Assembly: GCA_964550205.1 (NCBI GenBank)
Contig: CAZJYD010000005.1
Coordinates: 27,639-91,638 of the forward strand
Length of the DNA: 64,000 bases
Source of the DNA: an uncultured Bacteroidales bacterium
Lineage (GTDB): Bacteria; Bacteroidota; Bacteroidia; Bacteroidales; JAIOZK01
Reading direction: 5' to 3'
In this document: piece by piece, positions 55,858 through 64,000 of the stretch
Layout: each line of letters opens with the position of its first letter
Numbering within the stretch: position 1 is the first letter of the stretch
Program-made: the position numbers and the translations under genes
Notes under the pieces: model-generated
Database searches by the model: none
What the model was told of the DNA's origin: nothing
The model's input: the letters and a program-made list of their open reading frames with translations, nothing else

Positions 55858-58488
55858 ATGCGCATATTATTACAAAAAATCATAATATTTACTTTTATAT
55901 TTTTTGTTGCAGACCATATGTTCGGTAATGAAAATGATACCGTTAATACTAAAATTGACAGCCTCAAAGCTCTTATTGAAAAAACCAGTGGAAAGAAAAA
56001 AGTTAACTGTTACATAGAACTGGCCAAAGCATACCTATCAGAATCACCTGATGAAGTTATTAACCAAGCTAAAAAGGCTTATGAACTTTCAAGGGAAATA
56101 TTATATCGTGAGGGATTAGCCAGGGCTTTAAACAGAATTGGTTCAGGTTTTTATGTTAAAAGCAATTACGATTCGGCAATGTTTTATTATCAAAAATCAC
56201 TTAAACTTTGTCAGGCAATAAAAAATAAGCAGATACAAGCAAAAGTATTAAGTAATATGGGCCTTATATACGATTGTACAGGAAACTACAACAAGGCCTT
56301 GGATTATCATCTTCAATCACTTCAGATTGAGGAAGAATTCGCAAATACAAAAGGAATAGCCAGTACCTTAAATAATATAGGTAATATTTATTATTTCATA
56401 AACGACTATAAAAAATCACTTGAATATTTCAAAAAAGCACTGGAATTATATCAACAACTTGAAGATCAGGAAGGTGTTGCACATTCATTCAATAATATTG
56501 GTATAATATACCAAATCACAAATAAAAAAGAAAAAGCGTTATTATATCTGCAGTCAGCACTCGTCATTTACAATGAGCTCAATAATCATATCGACATGGC
56601 AACATGCTATAACAATATAGGCAATGTATATATGAATCTTAATGATTATGATAACGCAATAAAAAATTATAACGAATCAATAAAAATAAGTAAATCAATT
56701 AATGATCTTTGGTCCTTAGGAAATACTTATAGGAATATTGGCGGGGTTTATTTTGCTTTGAATAATAATATCAAAGCTAAAGAATATTACAACAGAGCAT
56801 TTAAATTAGCAAAAGGAATAAACGCAAATGAATTACTTTCAAATATTTACCAATCATTATATGAACTATATTTTAAAGAAAATAAGTTTAAAAAAGCTCT
56901 TGAATACCATATCAAACATACAGAATTAAAAGATTCCTTATCTGATAATAAAAAGAATATAAAAATTGCAGAACTTGAACTGGGTTATAAGCTTCAGGAA
57001 CGTGAGAAAAAAAATGAAATACAGCAAAAAGAAAATGAAATTCAGCATCTTAATATCGCTAAGTCAAGAAATAATATTTATTTATTCATTTTTTCGGGTA
57101 TAATCATTTTGTTATTGATTATTCTTATATACAGCAAATTAAAACAAAGAAAGAAAACCAATACCCTGCTCGAAGAAAAAGATCATCAAATCGATAAAAT
57201 GAATAAAAAGCTAAAAAATTATAATGAAGACATTGAAGCAAAGGTTAAACAAAGAACCAAAAACCTTGAAGAAGATTTGAAAGAAAGGGAAAGAATAGAT
57301 ATTGAATTAAAAAAGGCATTAAAGCAAGCTGAGGATGCTAATTATTTAAAAAATGCATTTTTAACTAATATGAGTCATGAGATCAGAACTCCGTTAAATG
57401 GTATTATTGGTTTTTCTAATTTGCTTATTACAGAACTTTCATTAATGGAAAATGAAGAGCTTTATGAATATGCAAACGGCATACAACAAAGTGGTGAACG
57501 TTTATTACATCTGCTTGATAATATCATTGATATCAGCAGAATTGAAGCCAATGATATGGATATTGATATTAAGCCATGTTTTATAAATGAAATAGTTAAA
57601 AATGTATCAGAATTATATAGTTTCAAAGCTAACGACAGAGGAATAAAATTTAACACCAAACTAAATGATATACCCAAAGCTATTGCTGATGAACCTATCT
57701 TAACTAAAATAATCAGTGATATAATTGATAATGCTATAAAATATACTGAAAAAGGATTTATCAATGTATTGACCAATTATGATAAAAAAAGGAACAAGGT
57801 CATTGTTACTGTAAAAGACACAGGTATCGGCATTGATAAAGCATACATTGGTCATATCTTTGAGGCTTTCCGACAGGAAAGCCTTGGATATTCAAGAACA
57901 CATCAGGGGGCAGGACTAGGCCTGCCGCTCGCAAAACGCCTGATGGCATTAATGAATGGATCAATAGATATTCAATCAACTAAAGGTGTAGGAACAACAG
58001 TAATTTTGTCTCTTGAGGGTGAGAAAGAAGAAACTGAACAAATTGATGAGAATTTCACAATTAAAGAACTCAAAGACAAAAAGAAACATGAAGACCTGTC
58101 GATATTTATCGTGGAGGATGACCGAATGAACCGTTTGGTATTAACTAAAATGTTATCCAAAACAGGAAAAGTTGTAGCAGCAGTTGATGGCAACGAAACA
58201 ATGCGTATTATTAAGGAAAATTACAAAAAAGGTCTTATCTTTGATGTTATGTTATTCGACATAAACCTTCCGGCACCCTGGGATGGTATTAAACTTATGA
58301 ATGAAATTAAAAAGAACTTTAAAGAATATAAAAATGTACCCTTTATAGCTCAAACAGCTTATGCTATGACTGGTGACAGAGAAAGATTATTGGAAGCTGG
58401 TTTCGATAATTATATTGCTAAACCTATTAATAAAAGGGAAATAATCAACATGATCAACAACCAGTTGAAAATTATTAAAACTCAATAA
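55858..58488 (+). CDS. TPR-repeat hybrid sensor histidine kinase
   Basis: Signal/TM, ~8 TPR units, a TM ([19 protein letters not shown]), a coiled coil, the H-box [11 protein letters not shown], then N/G boxes DNAIKYT, DTGIGI and GAGLGL. The canonical receiver has VEDD, FDINLP, AQTA and AKPI. Confidence 0.9.
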   Translation: MRILLQKIIIFTFIFFVADHMFGNENDTVNTKIDSLKALIEKTSGKKKVNCYIELAKAYLSESPDEVINQAKKAYELSREILYREGLARALNRIGSGFYVKSNYDSAMFYYQKSLKLCQAIKNKQIQAKVLSNMGLIYDCTGNYNKALDYHLQSLQIEEEFANTKGIASTLNNIGNIYYFINDYKKSLEYFKKALELYQQLEDQEGVAHSFNNIGIIYQITNKKEKALLYLQSALVIYNELNNHIDMATCYNNIGNVYMNLNDYDNAIKNYNESIKISKSINDLWSLGNTYRNIGGVYFALNNNIKAKEYYNRAFKLAKGINANELLSNIYQSLYELYFKENKFKKALEYHIKHTELKDSLSDNKKNIKIAELELGYKLQEREKKNEIQQKENEIQHLNIAKSRNNIYLFIFSGIIILLLIILIYSKLKQRKKTNTLLEEKDHQIDKMNKKLKNYNEDIEAKVKQRTKNLEEDLKERERIDIELKKALKQAEDANYLKNAFLTNMSHEIRTPLNGIIGFSNLLITELSLMENEELYEYANGIQQSGERLLHLLDNIIDISRIEANDMDIDIKPCFINEIVKNVSELYSFKANDRGIKFNTKLNDIPKAIADEPILTKIISDIIDNAIKYTEKGFINVLTNYDKKRNKVIVTVKDTGIGIDKAYIGHIFEAFRQESLGYSRTHQGAGLGLPLAKRLMALMNGSIDIQSTKGVGTTVILSLEGEKEETEQIDENFTIKELKDKKKHEDLSIFIVEDDRMNRLVLTKMLSKTGKVVAAVDGNETMRIIKENYKKGLIFDVMLFDINLPAPWDGIKLMNEIKKNFKEYKNVPFIAQTAYAMTGDRERLLEAGFDNYIAKPINKREIINMINNQLKIIKTQ

Positions 58489-58499
58489 TTCCTTTAAAA

Positions 58500-59753
58500 A
58501 TGACAGAAGAATCAAAACTTTCTAAAGATAAACTTATAAAAAGAATTAAAGAGATTGAAACAAAGAATCAAGAGTTGGAGAAACTATATCAAAAAGCCAC
58601 AGAAAATGCTGAAGATGCAAATCATTTGAAAGCTATGTTTCTGAATAATATAAGCCACGAGATCCGTACACCGATGAATGGTATCATAGGAATGTACAAT
58701 GTTCTTAAACAAACAAATCTAACTGACGAACAAAGGGAATTTCTTGATATAATTAATGTTTCCGGTCAGAATTTACTTACAGTTATTGATGATATTATTG
58801 ACCTGTCAAAAATTGAATCCGGTCAACTCAAACTGGAAAAATCTACATTTAGCTTGAGAAAGGAAATAAAAAAGGTTATCGATCTTTTGTCATTAAAGGC
58901 AAAAGGAAAAGGGATAAAATTAAGTTATGAGGTTGATGAGTCTATTTACGACTCTCTGATTGGGGATCCCTCAAGGCTAAGGCAAATCATCACAAACCTT
59001 GCAAATAATGCAATAAAGTACACTAAAGAAGGTAGTGTTTCTATAAACATGGAGCCAATTAGGCAAGATGAAAAAAAATGTGAATTAAAATTCAAAGTTA
59101 TTGATACAGGAATAGGTATTTCAAAAATAGAGCAGGATAAGTTATTTAAAGCCTTTTCACAGATCGATTCGTCTTCAACAAGAAAATATGGCGGTACCGG
59201 TCTCGGACTGGCTATTTCAAAAAACCTATCTAATCTTATGAATGGTGATATAGGTGTTAATAGTGAAGTAGGTAAGGGTTCAACATTTTGGTTTACAGCA
59301 CAATTTTACATATCCACAGAAAAAACGGAAGACATAAAAAAAATAAGCAGTGATAATGTAAATAAGCCCGAAAATTTAAAAGTGCTACTTGTAGAAGATA
59401 ATTTACTGAACCAAAAATTTGCTATGGCCACATTAAAAAAGGAAGGACATGAAGTTACAATTGCTGAGAACGGTAAAATTGCCGTAGAGAAATATTTAAA
59501 AGCAAACCTTGATTTAATATTGATGGATATTCAGATGCCTGTTATGGATGGCATTGAAGCCACTAAAGAAATCAGAAAAATAGAAAAGGAAAACAATGTT
59601 GAAGAACCCATTAAAATCATAGCAATCACTGCTTATGTAATGGAAAGAGATCGTGGCATGTGCCTGAGAGCCGGTATGGATGAATATCTGGCCAAACCAT
59701 TTAAGCCATCTGAACTTATCAATCTTATCAACTATGTGTACTATATCAAATAG
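58500..59753 (+). CDS. cytoplasmic hybrid histidine kinase (coiled coil-HisKA-HATPase-REC, no sensor domain)
   Basis: [24 protein letters not shown] and GTGLGL. The receiver has [21 protein letters not shown] and LAKPF. Confidence 0.9.
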   Translation: MTEESKLSKDKLIKRIKEIETKNQELEKLYQKATENAEDANHLKAMFLNNISHEIRTPMNGIIGMYNVLKQTNLTDEQREFLDIINVSGQNLLTVIDDIIDLSKIESGQLKLEKSTFSLRKEIKKVIDLLSLKAKGKGIKLSYEVDESIYDSLIGDPSRLRQIITNLANNAIKYTKEGSVSINMEPIRQDEKKCELKFKVIDTGIGISKIEQDKLFKAFSQIDSSSTRKYGGTGLGLAISKNLSNLMNGDIGVNSEVGKGSTFWFTAQFYISTEKTEDIKKISSDNVNKPENLKVLLVEDNLLNQKFAMATLKKEGHEVTIAENGKIAVEKYLKANLDLILMDIQMPVMDGIEATKEIRKIEKENNVEEPIKIIAITAYVMERDRGMCLRAGMDEYLAKPFKPSELINLINYVYYIK

Positions 59754-59842
59754 TATATATTAATTATTGTGGCTGCCCCAAAATATGCCATACCTGAATT
59801 AATTGTGAGACAGCCTCTTAATTATACTAATATGATTTATTC

Positions 59843-61180
59843 TTATTTGATATCCAATAACTCTACTTCGAATAGTAAGGGTGTATACGGAGGTATTCTT
59901 CTGCCCCTTCCTATATCACCATAAGCAAGTTTTGAAGGTAAAAGTATTTTCGCTTTACCCCCTTCTTTCATCAAAGGAATAGCTTCATTCCAACCCTTTA
60001 TTACACCGTCACTTCCTATTTCAAAAGAATAAGGTTTTCCTGATTGGCGTGAATCTTGTAATAATTCCCCATCCAAAAAATAAAGTTTGTAATTAACCTC
60101 TACCTCATCCCCTTCCTTTGGATAATCTCCGCTTCCTTCTTTTGTTTCAATATAATATAATCCGCTTTCAGTTGGTTCAAAGTCGATATCGTTATCTTCA
60201 AGATAGCTTTCAATTAATTCCGGTTCTTTTTTCTTTAGTTCCTGTTTTTCTTTTTCCCTTTTCGTTTCTTCACGTGCACGTTCTTCCTCCATTTCTTTTC
60301 TGTATTCTTCTTTTGACCTTACATCAAGAACCTCAACTTCATAAATTAATGTTGAGTACGGGGGAATAATTTGTCCTCTGCCCTTTTCCCCAAAACCAAT
60401 GTCGGAAGGCACTATAAATTCAGCCTTACCTCCCTTACGCATTTTGGACAAGCCTTCATTAAAACCATCCGATTCAAAACGTTTTCCTAGTTCAATCTCC
60501 ATTGGCTTGTCCGAATCATAGGTAGAAAAAACTTTTGATCCGTCAAGAAGACGAACTTTATAATGCATTTTTACCATTTTACCTTCTTCCACTTTGGTAC
60601 CTTTTCCACGTTCCTTACTTATAAAATACAGTCCGGATTCCTTAGGTTCTATATTTATTTTATTAATTTCGAGATATTCTCTAAGTCTCTCAGGTTCTTC
60701 TTCTTTTAATTTTTCAAGTTCTTCTTTCTTATGTTCTTCATAAGCCTTTCTCGTTTTGAAATCAACTAACTTAAGATGAAAATATAATTCCTGGCCCGGT
60801 TTTATAAATGGTGGCATTTGTGGTGCCCCTGCTGTTACTAAATAAAATGAATCAGCGCTTACTATAAATGTTGCACTATCACCAACAGACATCATTCTTA
60901 TACCCTCAAATATATCACCCGGATACTTTGATTCACCTATTGGAAATTCAATTGTACCACCTGCAACATCACTTGAAAATATTGTCGAATCCTTTAATCC
61001 GTATTTCATTTTTGCAGTGATGAAATCTCCTATCTTAGGTTTCACTGTATCATTCTGCACATAGAACTTATAACGCAGTCCTGTTTCACTCTGCTTGAAT
61101 CCATTTTTTCCTATATCACATGATGCATAAGTTAAAATTACAGCGATAAATAATAATAATGTTAAATTCTTGATTTTCAT
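59843..61180 (-). CDS. multi-domain FKBP-type peptidyl-prolyl cis-trans isomerase lipoprotein
   Basis: There are three FKBP-like modules. The last two are clear (GLYFISKERGKG...IPPYSTLIYEVEVLDV and GLYYIETKEGSG...IPPYTPLLFEVELLDIK). The ORF track start at 61222 overlaps the upstream gene. Met15 (61180), which precedes lipobox YASC, is the more likely start. Confidence 0.85.
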   Translation of the reverse strand: MKIKNLTLLLFIAVILTYASCDIGKNGFKQSETGLRYKFYVQNDTVKPKIGDFITAKMKYGLKDSTIFSSDVAGGTIEFPIGESKYPGDIFEGIRMMSVGDSATFIVSADSFYLVTAGAPQMPPFIKPGQELYFHLKLVDFKTRKAYEEHKKEELEKLKEEEPERLREYLEINKINIEPKESGLYFISKERGKGTKVEEGKMVKMHYKVRLLDGSKVFSTYDSDKPMEIELGKRFESDGFNEGLSKMRKGGKAEFIVPSDIGFGEKGRGQIIPPYSTLIYEVEVLDVRSKEEYRKEMEEERAREETKREKEKQELKKKEPELIESYLEDNDIDFEPTESGLYYIETKEGSGDYPKEGDEVEVNYKLYFLDGELLQDSRQSGKPYSFEIGSDGVIKGWNEAIPLMKEGGKAKILLPSKLAYGDIGRGRRIPPYTPLLFEVELLDIK

Positions 61181-61193
61181 AACTATTTGATTT

Positions 61194-61745
61194 TTATTTA
61201 ATATCAATGACTTCAATATCATAAACCAGGGTAGTTTTAGGAGGTATCTTTCCAGGTTTTCCTACCAAACCATATGCAAGATGCGAAGGTATAATAAATT
61301 TTGCTTTATCGCCCTCTCTCAGATAAAGAATCCCCTCCTGTAATCCCGCAATTATTTTTTCTTTTCCTATTCTAAAAATTAGTTGGCCTGATTCTTCAGA
61401 TGATTCAATAAGATCACCAGTAAGAAAAAATACTTTATAGTTTAATACTGCGAGTTTTCCTTTTTCTGCTTTTTCTCCCGATCCTTCCTTGTAAATATAA
61501 TACATTAATCCGCTACCTGTTTCTTCAACATTCCATTTATATCTTCTCAAAAAATCTTTTATGTCTTCAGATTCATTAGCCACAAGCTTTTTATTTGCTT
61601 CAATCAATGATTTCTTCAACTTATCCGGCCTCAGGGTTTTTTTCTTTTCGTTGTTTTTATTATTGCATGATAATATGAATATTATCATAATAAACACAAG
61701 TAACGTAAAAGGTATTTGTAATTTTCTTATAGAGAAATTATACAT
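61194..61745 (-). CDS. FKBP-type peptidyl-prolyl cis-trans isomerase lipoprotein
   Basis: Lipobox ILSC, then GLMYYIYKEGSGEKAEKG...GLQEGILYLREGDKAKFIIPSHLAYG...IPPKTTLVYDIEVIDIK. Confidence 0.85.
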   Translation of the reverse strand: MYNFSIRKLQIPFTLLVFIMIIFILSCNNKNNEKKKTLRPDKLKKSLIEANKKLVANESEDIKDFLRRYKWNVEETGSGLMYYIYKEGSGEKAEKGKLAVLNYKVFFLTGDLIESSEESGQLIFRIGKEKIIAGLQEGILYLREGDKAKFIIPSHLAYGLVGKPGKIPPKTTLVYDIEVIDIK

Positions 61746-61755
61746 TAAACCATTT

Positions 61756-62781
61756 TTACTCTCTTATACGATCTAATTGATGTTTATATTGTGGAAGTAT
61801 GCTTTCAAATTTATCAAGAGTTTTTTTCAGGGAAATATCTGAGTCGGCGCCTGCTGCGTTCATGTGGCCTCCGCCATAAAAATGCTTTCCGGCAAACTCG
61901 TTTACCGAAAAATCACCCTTTGAACGGAGCGAAATCCTGACCTTATTGTTTTGTTCTCTAAACAATGCAGCAAATTTTATTTTTTCAATGGAAAGCGGAT
62001 AATTAACAATCCCCTCAGTATCTCCTACTTTGTAGTTAAACTGTTTAATATCCTTGGCTGTTAAATAAATATACGCTGTATGATATTCAGGTAAAACCTT
62101 TAACCGCTCGCTCAGCGAATACCCAAGTAAACGTAATCTTTTCTCTGAAAATGTATCATAAACCAACCCGTGTATGCGTTCACCATTTACTCCTGTTTTA
62201 ATTAATTCAGCAACAATAAGATAAGTTTTTGAATAATTGCATAAATAACTGAAAGAACCTGTATCAGTCATTATACCAGCATAAATACATTCCGCAATTT
62301 CTTTATTTAGTAAATGTTTTCCTCCTGTATTAACAATAAAATCATAGATCATTTCGGCTGTTGATGAAGTATGTATTGTTGAAATAATATAATCAAAATT
62401 TCTTTCAGGCTGTGGATGATGATCAATTAATATTTTTACTGCATTTGATTGCTTTAACTCTTTGGAGAAAGCTTCTATCCTACCTACCGAATTGAAATCA
62501 AGGCAAAAGATAACATCGGCATTTTTCAGAATTTCTTTTCCTTTTTCAGGTTCCTCTTTATGAATTATAATTTCTTTATTCCCTGGCATCCAAGTCAAAA
62601 AAGCAGGATACCTGTTTGGTACCAATACGTTAATATTTTTGCCTTTAGACTGTATGTAATAATTATATAAAGCTAATGACGAACCAATTGCATCACCATC
62701 CGGATTTGTATGTGTGGTAATTAGAATATTACCTGAGTTCTTAATTAGCTTTGATATTTGATTATATTTTTCTTTTTCCAA
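61756..62781 (-). CDS. nrnA: DHH-family phosphoesterase (NrnA-type oligoribonuclease / pAp phosphatase)
   Basis: HTNPDGDAIGS, LIDHHP (DHH) and GGGHMNAAG (DHHA1). Confidence 0.8.
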   Translation of the reverse strand: MEKEKYNQISKLIKNSGNILITTHTNPDGDAIGSSLALYNYYIQSKGKNINVLVPNRYPAFLTWMPGNKEIIIHKEEPEKGKEILKNADVIFCLDFNSVGRIEAFSKELKQSNAVKILIDHHPQPERNFDYIISTIHTSSTAEMIYDFIVNTGGKHLLNKEIAECIYAGIMTDTGSFSYLCNYSKTYLIVAELIKTGVNGERIHGLVYDTFSEKRLRLLGYSLSERLKVLPEYHTAYIYLTAKDIKQFNYKVGDTEGIVNYPLSIEKIKFAALFREQNNKVRISLRSKGDFSVNEFAGKHFYGGGHMNAAGADSDISLKKTLDKFESILPQYKHQLDRIRE

Positions 62782-62815
62782 TACTCTGTTTTTATGGATA
62801 ATAATTAAAAAGAAG

Positions 62816-62823
62816 CAAATGTA
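62816..62823 (-). promoter_or_regulatory. -7 box (TACATTTG) for nrnA
   Basis: The + strand reads CAAATGTA. It lies 35 nt upstream of the start codon at 62781. Confidence 0.4.
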
Positions 62824-62866
62824 TTACAAATTAAAGTAAAATTAATAGCCCAAAAAAATAAAATAT

Positions 62867-62874
62867 TAGTTTTG
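62867..62874 (+). promoter_or_regulatory. -7 box (TAGTTTTG) for ndk
   Basis: Matches TAnnTTTG, 27 nt upstream of the ATG at 62901. Confidence 0.45.
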
Positions 62875-62900
62875 TCAATTAATTATAGAATGATTTAATT

Positions 62901-63320
62901 ATGAGTGGATACAGGACTTTTACAATGATAAAGCCTACAGCTGTTAAAAAAGGCTTTACTGGTTCAATAATCAATGAAATTTCAAAGGAAGGGTTTAAGA
63001 TCATTGCTTTAAAGATGACAAATTTGACAGAGAAGAAGGCCAGCCTTTTTTATTCTGTCCATAAAGGAAAACCTTTTTATGAAAGCCTTTGTAAATTTAT
63101 GTCTTCAGGCCCGGTTGTAGCTATGGTTCTTGAAAAAGAAAATGCTGTGGATTCTTTCAGGAATTTTATAGGAGCAACAGATCCTGAAAAAGCAGAATCC
63201 GGAAGCATCAGAAAATTATACGGTACAGATCTGCAGCAAAATGCAGTACATGGAGCAGATAGCGATGAAAATGCAAAACGCGAAGCGGATTTCTTTTTCT
63301 CAGAACTCGAAAAATATTAA
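62901..63320 (+). CDS. ndk: nucleoside-diphosphate kinase
   Basis: RTFTMIKP, GPVVAMVLE, and the active-site block NAVHGADS. Confidence 0.95.
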   Translation: MSGYRTFTMIKPTAVKKGFTGSIINEISKEGFKIIALKMTNLTEKKASLFYSVHKGKPFYESLCKFMSSGPVVAMVLEKENAVDSFRNFIGATDPEKAESGSIRKLYGTDLQQNAVHGADSDENAKREADFFFSELEKY

Positions 63321-63321
63321 C

Positions 63322-63771
63322 CTAATCTTCCGGATAATACTCCCTGAAGGATTTGTTTTTATAAAATATAACGATCTTATCAATTTGCCTCAATTTTCTA
63401 TTATCACCGTTTTCTTTTTGTTTTTGAGATAAACTGTTATAACTTGCTTCTTCTGAATATTTTATATTTTGAGTACTATTCTCTGATTTAGTTCCTTTGT
63501 TTACTTCCTTTTTGTCTTTAGCTTTAGAAAATAAATCTCTTTTCGTTGTTTCAATGTCTCTATCTTCTATCATCTGGCCTTTCCCCATTAATAACCATTC
63601 AATATTAATTTCCGGGTATCTTTTAATTATCTTCAATATGAAATCCAAACTCGGCTTATTCCTGCCTGATATAACATGCGAAACACTGGATCTTTGAACA
63701 CCTATTTCATCAGCAAACTTAGCTGAAGATATATTCTTCTGATTTAAAATTTTAAATACACGATCGTTCAT
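63322..63771 (-). CDS. XRE-family helix-turn-helix transcriptional regulator
   Basis: N-terminal HTH (ISSAKFADEIGVQRSSVSHVISGRNKPSLDFILKI) and a low-complexity C-terminal half. Confidence 0.75.
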   Translation of the reverse strand: MNDRVFKILNQKNISSAKFADEIGVQRSSVSHVISGRNKPSLDFILKIIKRYPEINIEWLLMGKGQMIEDRDIETTKRDLFSKAKDKKEVNKGTKSENSTQNIKYSEEASYNSLSQKQKENGDNRKLRQIDKIVIFYKNKSFREYYPED

Positions 63772-63782
63772 AAAAATAATTT

Positions 63783-63840
63783 ATTACAAATGTAAATAAT
63801 TGGTAGATTACAAATGTAAATTTATAAATGCACATTTGTG
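63783..63840. promoter_or_regulatory. operator-like palindromes / promoter of the XRE gene
   Basis: ATTACAAATGTAAAT occurs twice (63783-63797 and 63807-63821), with half-sites TTACA-N2-TGTAA. CACATTTGTG lies at 63831-63840. On the minus strand each direct repeat contains TACATTTG, which is a -7 box. Confidence 0.45.
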
Positions 63841-64000
63841 AATCTTTTTATTGCTGCTTATATTTTATAATAATTTAATAATCAATTATATAATTAAAGG
63901 CTTATTTTTTTATTATTTCTAAACCATAGCATTATATGATTACAATATATTGCTGATATACTGATGCTAATAAAAACTACAATTATTTATAAAAATTAAA

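Noticed and set aside
61181-61222. A 29-nt overlap between the two FKBP genes, implied by the track start at 61222.
   Set aside because: Met15 (61180) precedes a typical lipoprotein signal, and using it removes the overlap.

Overview
This is an AT-rich chromosomal segment. I assign it to a Bacteroidota bacterium on three grounds: two proteins end in T9SS C-terminal sorting domains, the DUF4835-coaBC-rpoZ-bamD gene order is present, and the Bacteroidota -7 promoter box TAnnTTTG recurs 15-60 nt upstream of many start codons. All calls come from reading the ORF translations and the DNA by eye. No database search was run, so family names are motif-based recollections.

Layout:
- 1-34.3 kb is mostly housekeeping: coaBC, bamD, an alpha-oxoamine synthase, an M14 carboxypeptidase, a DapA-like gene, lon, rpmE2, serC/serA, DUF1015, yggS, tRNA-Arg(ACG), an amidohydrolase, and an operon of mutL, two rhomboids, an EEP protein and uvrB.
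- 34.4-59.8 kb is a ~25 kb exopolysaccharide (EPS) locus, entirely on the + strand.
- 59.8-64 kb holds two FKBP isomerases, nrnA, ndk and an XRE-type regulator.
- I saw no transposase, integrase, CRISPR array or rRNA.

The best candidate for something undescribed is the export and initiation end of the EPS locus. A canonical CheY-like regulator sits next to an initiating phosphoglycosyl transferase that carries a degenerate receiver domain (Glu at the phospho-Asp position) and a 4-Cys insertion. Next comes a half-size, single-repeat TolC-like outer-membrane protein, translationally coupled to a chain-length/export protein. That export protein has two LysM domains inserted into its periplasmic domain and a degenerate BY-kinase domain. 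The locus has no Wza/OPX gene, carries three synthase-type GT2 genes alongside Wzx and Wzy, and ends in two hybrid histidine kinases with no Hpt.

Other points worth a second look:
- a DapA-family gene whose Schiff-base lysine is replaced by Cys;
- a family of GC-rich palindromic, MITE-like repeats, clustered next to tRNA-Arg and a gutted GT2 pseudogene;
- operator-like palindromes upstream of the XRE gene.
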